Source: Raillietiella orientalis
Taxonomy: Eukaryota
Assembly: GCA_036172245.1 (NCBI GenBank)
Contig: JAYWIR010000101.1
Span: 176,382-196,381 of the forward strand
DNA length: 20,000 nt
Direction of reading: 5' to 3'
Of this stretch, positions 10,670 through 20,000 are shown in pieces. The notes below the pieces were generated by a model that worked only from the letters and a program-made list of their open reading frames with translations, was not told the origin of the DNA and searched no databases. Position 1 is the first letter of the stretch. The number at the start of each line of letters is the position of its first letter. Position numbers and translations under genes: made by a program.

Positions 10670-11938
10670 CTGCAACAGCCAGCCTAAGGCTGCAAAGAAG
10701 GCCGTCAGACGTCCGGCGGAAGTTAAAGGCCCGGAAACTTGCGGATCCGAGGCGGAAGCCGGAAACCCTCCCACCGTCGCCCTCCCGAAGAGGAAGGCGG
10801 GCCGGAAGTCGCGCAACTCTATGCGTGTCGCTCTCCATCTGGCTTAGGAGGAGGAGATGCGCTCGGATGGTGAGGAGGCGATGTCCGCGAGTGTCGCGGG
10901 ATCCCTCCATCGACAGCATCCGGTCGGTCCTTCCTATCGACCTCTGTCCGGCTGCAGACGTTCCGGTCGTTGCTGGAACGCCACCAGCGCAGATGTACAA
11001 CGACCAGCCGCCTCCCGAACAGGAGGCGGCATTACACACGCCACCACCATCATTAGTATGATGCGTGGAATCGCCTTTTGCCAGCAGCGGCATATGGCCT
11101 GTTGGAATGTCAACGGGCTGCGTAGCGAATGCAAGAGGTGTAGCGTGGCGGACACCCTGCGACCTTTCGACCTGGCACTTCTCCAAGAGGTGCATGCCCT
11201 CAGAGCAGAGGACGTCCAGGAAATCGAGTGGCTCACAGGAAGGAGGATAGTTTGGCGTGGTAAAGGAGATCACTCCCGCGGAGTGGCCTTCCAGCTGAAG
11301 CCGGCCGTTGCCAATAAGGTGCGCAGTGCACGATTCGACGAGGAAGGTCGACCTTGTCCTCAAGTGGTCCGAATCGATCGACCTCGTAGTCACGAACCTG
11401 TACGCGCCCTGCACCAGCCACAGGCGCGCAGAAGGCATTGCGTTCTCACGAAGCCCTGCGGCGAGACTGGCTGGTCGAAGCAGGCGTGCGGCGTGCGCAT
11501 CTGATAGCGGGAGACTTCAACGTCCGCTTGCTGTCGGAAGCGCCCGACATACGAGCACAATTGGTCAACGAATTGTGTGCAGCTATGCACACACGCAACT
11601 TGTTGGCCGATGAAGCCGCGAGGAGAAGCATAATGGACCACGTGTTCCTCGATAACCACTTGCGTACGCGGGTGGGGACTCGAAAAGCAATTGCGTCAGA
11701 GCTGTCCGATCACCCTCGGCTAGTGATCAACATTCATCCGCTCGACAGAGGTCCACCCTCCGAAGCGTGGCGCCTGCCGGGGGACTGGTTGCGGCTCGAA
11801 AGAGCGCGCGAACTTCTGCGCGCATTCCTGCGTAGTTGCCAATTGCAGACTCTTGCTGACTGGGAAAAAATAAAACGCTCAGTCCAAGAGTTCGGTGACC
11901 AGTTTCACCTCCATCAACTTCCTCCAGGTTTCAGCGAT
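10670..11938 (+). mobile_element. Copy C fragment: ORF1 C-terminus (stop 11059-11061) and degenerate EN domain, cut by copy D
   Basis: KKAVRR in ORF1; TGATG stop-start; ACWNVNG, LQEVH, NLYAP, GDFN, MDHVF, SDH. Ends at LPPGFSD. Confidence 0.88.
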
Positions 11939-13264
11939 GCCACCCGGATACGTTGGGACGTTTATTAAAAACATTTCGACAGTTAATACAGAACGTGGTA
12001 CAAGGCCCCACTGACGGCCACGCAATACCGGAACTGCCGGGACACCGGGACGCAGCCCGGGGATGCTCTGCTCGGCAGTGGAAGGGGATGGGGGAGAAAA
12101 CAAAAATAAAGTAAAAGAAAAAAACAAACCGCAAAAAAAAGTTTGGAGGGCCGGGAAGGGATCACAGAAAACTGCTGGGAGCGCCCATCCTATGCAGGAT
12201 GCCTTCTAGTTCCATTTTCGGTTTTCCTAGATGGGGCAATCGGGTAGCTCTCTGCAGGAAGCGAGAAGCATACTCGATGACGTCCATCACGATGCAGTCT
12301 CCATATTCGACATCACACCAGCCCGCCACGTTACCACGAATGCAGCAAAGTGCTGCCAGGGCTGCGGCTGGACTGAGGGCGTCCCGCACGAAGACAAGAC
12401 TAAAGGCACATCCAACATTGCTACCATTTGGTATCCGGAAGGCCGTTTTAAGACGATCCCAAAGAATCTGGACGGCAGAGCATTCAACTGAGAGGTGGAG
12501 GAGCGACTCTTGCTCCTCACACCTGGCACACGCAGGATTTACTCTTCTCCGCCTCCAGTGGAAGCGGCGCGCGATGCAGGGTAGACCCAAATGCAGACAC
12601 AGAAGCGCCGATTCTTGCCACTTCAGGGGAAGAATCCTGGATCCAAGTAGAACCGGGGGCCACTTCAGGTCATCCAATCGAATTCCGAGCAGCTCGCTTC
12701 ATCTTTTTGATCCACGCGGCTGGAGACTAGGGGTCGTTGCATCTGTCAACTCTCCCATGGTCCAGCCGCTCATCATCTTCTTTCTGCCTGCGATACGGCA
12801 GCAGACTTGCCACCTTGCCTTCCGGCTTTCGTGAAGCGCCCTTTGAAGGAAGGGCATCGCCGTAACAAGGGGTGTGCCTTCCGCCCACGTGCAACTCGGT
12901 GGAAATTCAAGAATTTTACGGAGAGTTCGGCGGGCGTAAAAGACGACTCGCAGGCAGTTCCCACGGTCTTCGCACCTCTGGTTCTGCTTGGCCCAGGTGC
13001 CAGCACTCTCTTCCAGCCAAGCGGAGGAGTTGGCAGGGCCAAAAACCATCCAGTCGTTCTCCTTTGCCAGGGTTGCCATGCGTCTGAGCAGTAGACCGCA
13101 TCTTCGAATCTTCCGGCCAGGGCACATTAGAAACGATGCGAGTCCTTCGCAGCGGGACACACGCCTGGCCAGGACGCGGGCCGGAATGCACCTAGCGGTG
13201 CTCCACATCTTCGCTGCGATGGCGAGGGTCCGCCATCGCTGCTGGATTTCCACGCGCTCCCAGC
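11939..13264 (-). mobile_element. Copy D: 3' part (post-RT region, zinc finger, 3' UTR)
   Basis: ERVEIQ..WRTLAIAAKMWS and CARCEEQESLLHLSVEC; ORF2 stop at 12162-12164; AATAAA (11961-11966, minus) and CCGGGTG (11941-11947). Confidence 0.92.
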
Positions 13265-13882
13265 AAATGGCGGTCGAGAAAACTCCCGACGACGCTGGCA
13301 ACAAGGAGGACTGGCGGACAGGAAGCAAAAAAGAGAAAAAATTCGAAAATCCGAAGAACCGACTGCGGAACCCGCGACCACTTCTCTAAATAGAAGGCAA
13401 CGCCGCGCTTTGCTCCGCGAATGTTCGGTCTCTTTGAAGCGAGTGGAGATCCCCGAGACCTTCACAGGGGGAGATATCTCCCGCCTCGTTGACTTTGAAG
13501 CCGCGATGGAGGAAGGCTAACCCTCTGTGCAAACAGAGGGGGAGCCGATCGACGCGCTCGCGCAATCGAGGACGCCGTCTTCCAGCAGGCGGCGGAAGAG
13601 CTCGCGGCGGAACTCAAGGAGCGTGAAAACGGCGCGCAAAAGGCCTTGCGAAGGCCGGCCGCGAGCATGGCACCTCAGAAAGGTGACCACGAACCGGATG
13701 CCGGAAGTGCGTCCTCCTCCGCGGAGGCGCCTCCGAAGAAGACTGGACGGAATTCCAAGAATCCCAAGAGGCGCATCCCGACAAAGAAGGAGGGGGACGC
13801 ACCGTCATCCGAGGGGGAAGCCGGCAGCGTGAGAACGGAGGGAGGGATTTTCCAGCCCTCCGCTACCGAGCAACTGGAGACC

Positions 13883-14118
13883 ACCATAGAGGAGGGGGAT
13901 AAGGTGAGTGATCGCGGCCCCCTTCCAACGGTGGAACCTGTCCAGGAGATAGCCATGGAGGAGGGGGAGCAGACAGCTGACAACCGCTCTCCTCTGCCGT
14001 CCAACGCAGCCGACGAATCGTCTCCCATGGAAGAGGGGGACCAGGTGCGTGAAACCCGCCCCCTTCAACCGTTGCGGTCCGCCGAGGAATCGGCCCCCAT
14101 TGAGGAGGGAGAACCGGT
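13883..14118 (+). repeat. Four 69-72-bp-period coding repeats ([M/I]EEG[E/D]) in the ORF1 tail of E
   Basis: Units start at ~13886, 13955, 14027 and 14099. Confidence 0.8.
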
Positions 14119-14374
14119 GCGCGGTGATCCCGTTCTTCCATCCGTCCCGCCCGATCAGGTAGCGGGCGCCCCATTGCCCCTATTCCAGGAGTAACACCTG
14201 GGCTCGCCTGTCGCCGTCGATTACGCGTGGCCTGCTGGAACGTGAACGGGCTGTGCGACGACGGCAACAGACGGGACACGGCCGCCACCCTGCGTGACTT
14301 CGACCTGGCACTCCTGCAGGAGATCCACGTGATCACCGCGGAGAACGCCCAGGAGATCGAAAGGATCGCAGGAA

Positions 14375-14384
14375 GACGGTTGAT
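14375..14384 (+). repeat. Target-site duplication of copy F, left copy (gacggttgat)
   Basis: Identical 10-mer at 17428-17437. Removing F restores the E EN sequence IAGRRLM*QCGTRYTCGVAL, homologous to IAGGRLYWQCGIRNTCGVAF of A. Confidence 0.9.
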
Positions 14385-17300
14385 TGTCACCCGGATGTGC
14401 CGGGGAGTTTATTGTAAACTATCAGGGAACAGGGTTCCCGGACAAAGAAAAAAACAAGAGACGAAGGGGGTGGGATCTCCGACACGCAGGTCGGTGTGCC
14501 GAAAGTCCGGAACGGGAGGGAAGGGACCACAAACACACTACTATATAAAAAAATAAAAGAAAAATATGGAGGGCAGTGGACAGGTGTCTTTGGTAAATCC
14601 GTTCCTTCCTTTCAAAACCGGCGATGGATGCCGGCGATCTATCTCCTTACGCCCTGTGGCAGATGGGCCCACTGGGCAGCCGACGACATGTTTGCGCTGG
14701 CTAATCCGGTGGGCTGACGAAGGATGGCCAGCTTCTCCAACTCTTGGTGGGCCTTTTCGATGGCGCGGATGCAACACACGGTTGCAACGACAGCACCCAA
14801 TGACAGACCGCCTGGCGTGAAGAAGCGGCGCATCAACTCCCTCGCGGTGTCCCCCTGGTGCAGGAGAGCTGAGGCCAGCCTCCGCCAGAGTCCTAGAAGG
14901 GCACCGCAGTCCAGGAGCAGGTGCGGGAGCGTTTCCACTTCCCCGCACCGCTTACAGTTTGGGGAGGGGACTCCCCCGGAAACAAGGTTCGTGCGCTGGT
15001 TGGAGTGAAAACCCCAATGCACCAGCATAATCACATCCTGCTTCCACGAAAGGGGGAACACAGAAGTGTTCAGACACGAGGGAGGAACCACAAGTTCTTC
15101 AAGGGGCACACTCAAGTGTTCGCTCCACCGAAGGAGTCCCTTCGGAACGTGGCGAGGTGTGGCGGCGTCCGCCAGCTCGCAAGTCTTCCAGCCGCCAATA
15201 GGTCGCGTTGTTTCTGCGATGGTGCAGGCGACCTCCCATCTCGCCGGTTCGCAACTGTCATCTCTTGCCCTGAGGGCTGACAGTGCGTCTTCGAGGGGGG
15301 TGACGGCCAGGCGGGTCCACTTCTCCTGGCTGTTGCACACCTCATCCACCGTGCAGTACGGGGAGAGGTGAGCGCAACGGAGTTCCAGGAGGGAAACATC
15401 CTGGTGCTTTGCCCAGCCATGCAACGGTTCCTGACGCCAGGCTTGAAAGTTCGTTGGGCGGCAGGAGATCCATTCATGGGCTTCCAGGAGCCGATACAGC
15501 GGTTTCAAGGGGAAACCGAAGCTTCTCGTGGCGCGCTCCGTGTGCGGCCGCAGCGACAGAAGTCCATCGCTGCCTGTGCAGCGCCGCAGAAGCAGGCGCG
15601 CGGGAGCGCACCACGGAGTGGATCAAAGGTTGGCGCACAGGGCCAACATCCGAAGCTGCACCTGCAGCTCGATTCTCTCCAGCGTCAGGATGCCTAAGCC
15701 AGCATCCCGACGCGGAGCCGCCAAGTCTTTGAGGCGGATCCTGGACCTCGCTGGTCCCCACAGAGCGTTCCTCAACAGGCTGTGCGCCTGGAGCTTGGCC
15801 GAGTAGGGGGGCGGGCAAACAAAAAGCAGGATGCGCAAGAGAGGGGCAACGAAGGTGTTCCATATCGTGGCCCGCTCCGGCAGGAAGAACCTGCCATGGT
15901 GGAACGGGCTCAGGGCATTCGAAGCCTTCCGAAGGCAGTCCGACCACACTTTCATTGGGCTGATGTTCCCCAGCGGAACGCCCAGATATTGCACGGAGGA
16001 AGCGGTCGGGATCCCCAGGCGGATGCAGTCGGACTGTCCCTCCCACGCCGCACCAATAGGTACGACCACGCTCTTGCTCCGGTTTACGCTCATGCCCGCT
16101 CCCCGGCGAATCAGCTCGAAGAAATCCTCGAGACTGGATGCCGGGGTGGTCATGGGTAAGATGAGGAGCAGGTCGTCAGCATAGGCCGCCACGGACGGCG
16201 TTCCTGGACAAGAGCTCGGCAGGTTGGCCAGCGTCAGCCTGTACGCCCTTAGCGCCAACTCAAAGAAGATGCTGAAGAGCAACGGGCTTAAGCTGTCGCC
16301 CTGCCTGATGCCCCGCCGCACCGGCACGCCGTACACGTGGCAGCCGCTAAAAGAGATGGAAATGAGCGCGTGGCGCCAGCAAGCGCGCATATACGCCACG
16401 AGGTGCACCGGGAGACCGAGGCGTTCCAGGAGCTCCAGCAGGAGATCCTGATTTACGCAATCGAACGCCTTGCGGAGATCGACCGCGACCGCCAAGGCAC
16501 CCGGCGCTTCCCCAGGCCGAATGCAGCGACGCTTAGCCTCGGCAGCCGCAGACGCGGTTGCCTGGCTGTCGTGCGCCACGCAGCGTTGCAGCTCGAGCCA
16601 CGTGCGCGCGAAGAACAGGTTCGCCTCCATGGACCGCCCGGGAACAGCGTAAGACTGTTCCGGACTTACCACGGATCCAGCGATCCTGCCCAGGCGCGCG
16701 ACCCACAGCCTGGAGAACAACTTGACGTCCGCATTCACCAAGGTGATGGGACGCCAGTTGCTTAAATGGCGCATGTCTCCGCCTTTCGGCAACAGACGCA
16801 CCCTTGCTGAGCGAAACGAGGCCGGGACATTGCCCGTCTCTCGCATCAGCGCAGAAAGCCTCAGCACCAGGGGGATGAGTTCCGCCGCGAAGCACTGGAA
16901 GAACTCCGCAGGCAGACCATCCTCACCTGGCGCCTTGCGCTTCTTGAGGCTCGCTATGGCGGAAGACACTTCTTCCGCCGTGAAGGGCAAGTCAAGAGTG
17001 GCGCGTTCCTCCTCGTCGACCGCCGGGCAATCCGCCGGCAGAAGCAGCTCCGAGAAACTGCGTTCCGTCGGCTCCCTAGCGTACAACAAGGAGTAATAGC
17101 GCTTTAGGAGGCGGCGAACTTCGGCCGCGCCCGAGCACTCCAGGCCCTGGTCGTCGAGCAGACAAGCTGCTCCTGACTGCCAGACCTGGCGCTCGGCCTT
17201 GGCCTTGTACTCCGCAAGGTACTGGACGTCCAGGCATCGAAAGAATTGGCGGGCCTGCAGAAACTCTCTGCTGTTGGCCACGCCTTCCCCGAAGCCACGG

Positions 17301-17427
17301 CGAAGCAGGCGCAAGAGGAACCGGCTGCAGAACTCGCGGACCGATCTTTTCAGATCGTCCCAGTCCACGAGCTGTCGAATGGCAAAGGTCCGGAGATGCT
17401 GGCGGAGGTGCTCCAGCCTCCAGGGGG
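14385..17427 (-). mobile_element. Copy F: 5'-truncated (~3.04 kb) divergent element with an uninterrupted RT domain, inserted into the EN of E
   Basis: KAPGEDG, NWRPITL, DLRKAFD, GIRQGDSLSP, YADD and YLG in ORF 15623..17569; frameshift near 15620; CKRCGEVETLPHLLLDC in 14639..15508; AATAAA at 14408-14413 and CCGGGTG at 14388-14394; TSD present. Confidence 0.95.
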
Positions 17428-17437
17428 GACGGTTGAT
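17428..17437 (+). repeat. Target-site duplication of copy F, right copy (gacggttgat)
   Basis: Matches 14375-14384. Confidence 0.9.
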
Positions 17438-18130
17438 GTAGCAATGCGGCACCCGATACACCTGCGGCGTCGCGTTGTTTATGAAGCCGGCAGTCGACGC
17501 AGCCGTGAAGGGCGTGCGCATCAACGAAGCCGGTCGTGTCGGCCAGCTGCTACCCAGGTGCTCCGACACGATCGCCCTCGTCGTAACAAATGTGTACGCT
17601 CCGAGCGGTCCTACCAGTTACCAGGAACGTAAGGCGTTCCTAGAAACCCTGAAGCGCGACTGGCTGGTGGAAGCAAACGTGCGCGTGGCTCACCTGATAG
17701 CGGGAAACTTTAATCTCCGCCTGCTATCAGGTGAGCCACACGCTACAGAACGGACGGCTAACGAGTTGTGCGCCGCCATTCGCACGCACAACTTGTTAGG
17801 GGATCTTTCGGAAATGGCCAGCAGCATCGACCACGTCTTCCTGGATGTCGACCTGTGTTCACGGGTCGGCAAACGGGGAAAAGTTGCGTCTGAGCTGCCT
17901 GACCATTTCTGGTTGATATTCGAGGTGTGCCCGCGCGACAAGTGCCCCCCATCCAGGGCATGGCGTCTGCCTGGGGAATGGACGCGACTCTCAGGTGCGA
18001 AGGAACACCTTCGCAAATTCCTGAGAGGCGTCACCCTCCGCAATCTCGTTGATTGGGACCTTTTTAAGGCCTCGGACCGCGAGTTTTGCGAGGAGTTCCC
18101 CTTGCACCTCCTGCCCCAAATATTTGGGGT
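17428..18130 (+). mobile_element. Copy E, right part: remainder of EN, cut by copy G
   Basis: NVYAP, GNFN (catalytic D lost), IDHVF, PDH, and WTRLSGAKEHLR (identical to A). Ends at LPQIFG. Confidence 0.9.
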
Positions 18131-20000
18131 TATCACCCGGGTACGCTCGGGGCGTTTATTAATGAACTCTACATGCGTGGTACAAGGCCCCACCACGGCC
18201 GTAAACACATGACCTGCCGGGACACCGGGACGCAGCTCGGCGTGGCACTTCCCGACAGCGAATGGGGATGGGGATAATACAAAAAGAAAAAATAAAAATA
18301 AACAAACAGAAAGAAGTTGGAGGGCGGGGAAGGGATCACTGGTCGCTGTGGGGAGGGCATATCCGTCGAACGAAGCCCTCGGGGTCAGTCTTCATATTCC
18401 CCAGTTGGGGCCATCCGGCAGCTCTTCGCAAGAAGCGTTGGGCATATGGGATGACATCCCTCACCTGTGGACCCACTCCTTCGTTTTTGGCGTCGCTCCA
18501 TGCCGCCACGATGCCACGGACGCAGCACAAGGCTGCAATGGCTGCGGCTGGCTGCAGTGCGTCCTTCAAGAAGAGGGGCCGAAGAACGTCTCTGAGGGTG
18601 CTGCCTGTAGGAAGCCCGAGGGGGGTCCCGAACCGTTCCCAAAGGGGTCGGAGGGCAGCACAATCCACAATAAGGTGGGGGAGCGACTCCCTCTCCCCGC
18701 ACCTGGCACACGCAGGATCCACAGCTCCCCTTGTACAGTGAAGGCGGCGCGCGTTGCAGGGTAGACCCCAGTGCAACAAAAGCAACGCCGACTCTTGCCA
18801 CTTGAGAGGCAGGATCCTGGACTCCTTCATCACCGGGGGCCACTTCAGCTCATCCCTGGGGATGGCGATCAGCTCGCCCCATCTTAATAATCCTCTCGGC
18901 TCGACGCTCGGGGTCGTGGCATCGAACAGTTCTCCTCTTGTCCAGCCACTAATCAACTTTACGCGTCCCTCGATGAAGCAGGAGACTTGCCACCTTGGCA
19001 TCCGGCTGCTGTGAAGTGCCCTCCTCAGGAAGGACAGCGCCGTAGCTAAGCAGTTCGTCTCTGCCCACGTGCATCTTGCTGGACTCTCCAGGAGATTCCG
19101 CAGCGTGCAGCGGGCGTAGGGGCTGCATCGGAGACGATTACACGTCTCGTGGCTTCTCTGGTGAACCACTGCCTACGTTCCAATATTCTCCTCCAGCCAG
19201 GCGGGGGAGTTGGCGGGGCAGCAAACCATCCAGCTGTTCTCCTTGGCCAATGTTGCCACGCGCCTGAGCAGTAGGCCGCATCTTCGCATCTTCCGGCCAC
19301 GGCTCAGAAGAAAAGACGGAAGTCCATCGCACCGGCACACACAGCTGGCCAGAAGGCGGGCCGGAGTGCACCAAGGGGTGCTCCACATCTTCGCTGCGAT
19401 GGCGAGGGTTCGCCACCGCAGCTGCTTCTCCACGCGCTCCAGAGTCAGGAGGCCAAGACCGCTGTCCCGACTTGGAGCGCACAAGTCGTTCAGGTGCTGA
19501 AGAGCAGGGGGCTGAGGCTATCTCCCTGCCTTATGCCCCGCCGTACCGGCACGCTATGCACCTTGTAAACTCTGAAAGAGACGGCGATCATCGCATTCCG
19601 CCAGCAAGTGCGCAGGTAGGAAATAAGGGAGGGTGGAAAGCCCATGCGACCCAGGAGCTCCAAGAGGAGTTCCTGGTCTACACATTCGAAAGCTTTGTGG
19701 AGATCGACTGCAAGCGCTAGGGCCCCTTTCCCCGCCCCGGGGGTCCCTTTCCAGCCCGGTTGGCTGCTTTAATGTGGGGTTGTCGACGTTCCTTATCCCT
19801 TTCTTCTCTCTTCTCTGCAGGTGCGCCCATGTGCTTGCGAAGAAGTGGTTGGCATCTCTACTTCGCCCGGGAACAGCATAAGTCTGCTCCGGGCTAATTA
19901 CGGATTCTGCTACCTGCCCCAGACGCGAAGCCCATAGCCCTGCTATCAACTTGGCGTCCGTATTAACGATCGTGATCGAACGCAATTTCTTTAAATCCCT
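18131..20000 (-). mobile_element. Copy G: A-like element (3' UTR, zinc finger, partial RT with an internal deletion), runs off the window
   Basis: CCGGGTG at 18134-18140, AATAAA at 18155-18160, ORF2 stop at 18336, CARCGERESLPHLIVDC, DLHKAFE and RQGDSLSP. The YADD region is missing. Confidence 0.93.

Larger units (their letters stand above)
13265..14384 (+). mobile_element. Copy E, left part: 5'-truncated ORF1 (stop 14192-14194) and start of EN, interrupted by copy F
   Basis: FQQAAEELA, PMEEG repeats, an ORF1/ORF2 junction nearly identical to A (ccaggagtaacacctgggctcgcc), ACWNVNG and LQEIH. Confidence 0.9.

Noticed and set aside
17428..17569. N-terminal ~47 aa of the 648-aa minus-strand ORF as a real start for F
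   Set aside because: It lies beyond F's TSD and is the antisense of copy E's endonuclease, so it is a chance read-through.
11939..18130. D+E as a single twin-primed 5'-inverted insertion
   Set aside because: About 1.6 kb of ORF2 would be missing between the pieces and no matching TSD is visible at 11938 and 18130. It is disfavoured but not excluded without flanking sequence.
1..20000. RIP-type hypermutation or stop-codon reassignment explaining the in-frame stops
   Set aside because: Stops are few, occur in mixed contexts and at different positions in each copy, and frameshifts co-occur. The sequence stays GC- and CpG-rich, which fits ordinary decay.
1..20000. Telomeric-repeat, rRNA, tRNA or snRNA targets typical of site-specific Tx1/R1 elements
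   Set aside because: No such sequence is recognisable at any junction. All flanks are family sequence.

Overview
This is eukaryotic, GC-rich DNA made entirely of non-LTR retrotransposons of the L1/Tx1 type: ORF1 with CCHC zinc knuckles, and ORF2 with APE endonuclease (EN), reverse transcriptase (RT) and a C-terminal zinc finger. I find no host gene or unique spacer. I resolve eight related but diverged copies, in both orientations, apparently inserted into one another: B-left (1-714, +), A (715-6362, +, full length), B-right (6364-10543, +), H (10544-~10668, -), C (~10670-11938, +), D (11939-13264, -), E (13265-14384 plus 17428-18130, +), F (14385-17427, -, 10-bp TSD) and G (18131-20000, -). 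All copies large enough to judge carry stops, frameshifts or truncations. Unusual features are: two copies inserted at the same homologous position of the EN-RT linker of their own family; no poly(A) tails, with a conserved AATAAA..hairpin..CCGGGTG end instead; an EN about 19 aa shorter than L1 EN in the target-recognition loop region; TAATG/TGATG stop-start coupling with ACA replacing AUG in two copies; and a hypervariable ~24-aa RT insertion. The best hypothesis is a self-targeting, Zepp-like nested retrotransposon cluster, possibly centromeric or subtelomeric. The host organism cannot be identified from the sequence. Boundaries come from by-eye alignment and may be off by a few nt.
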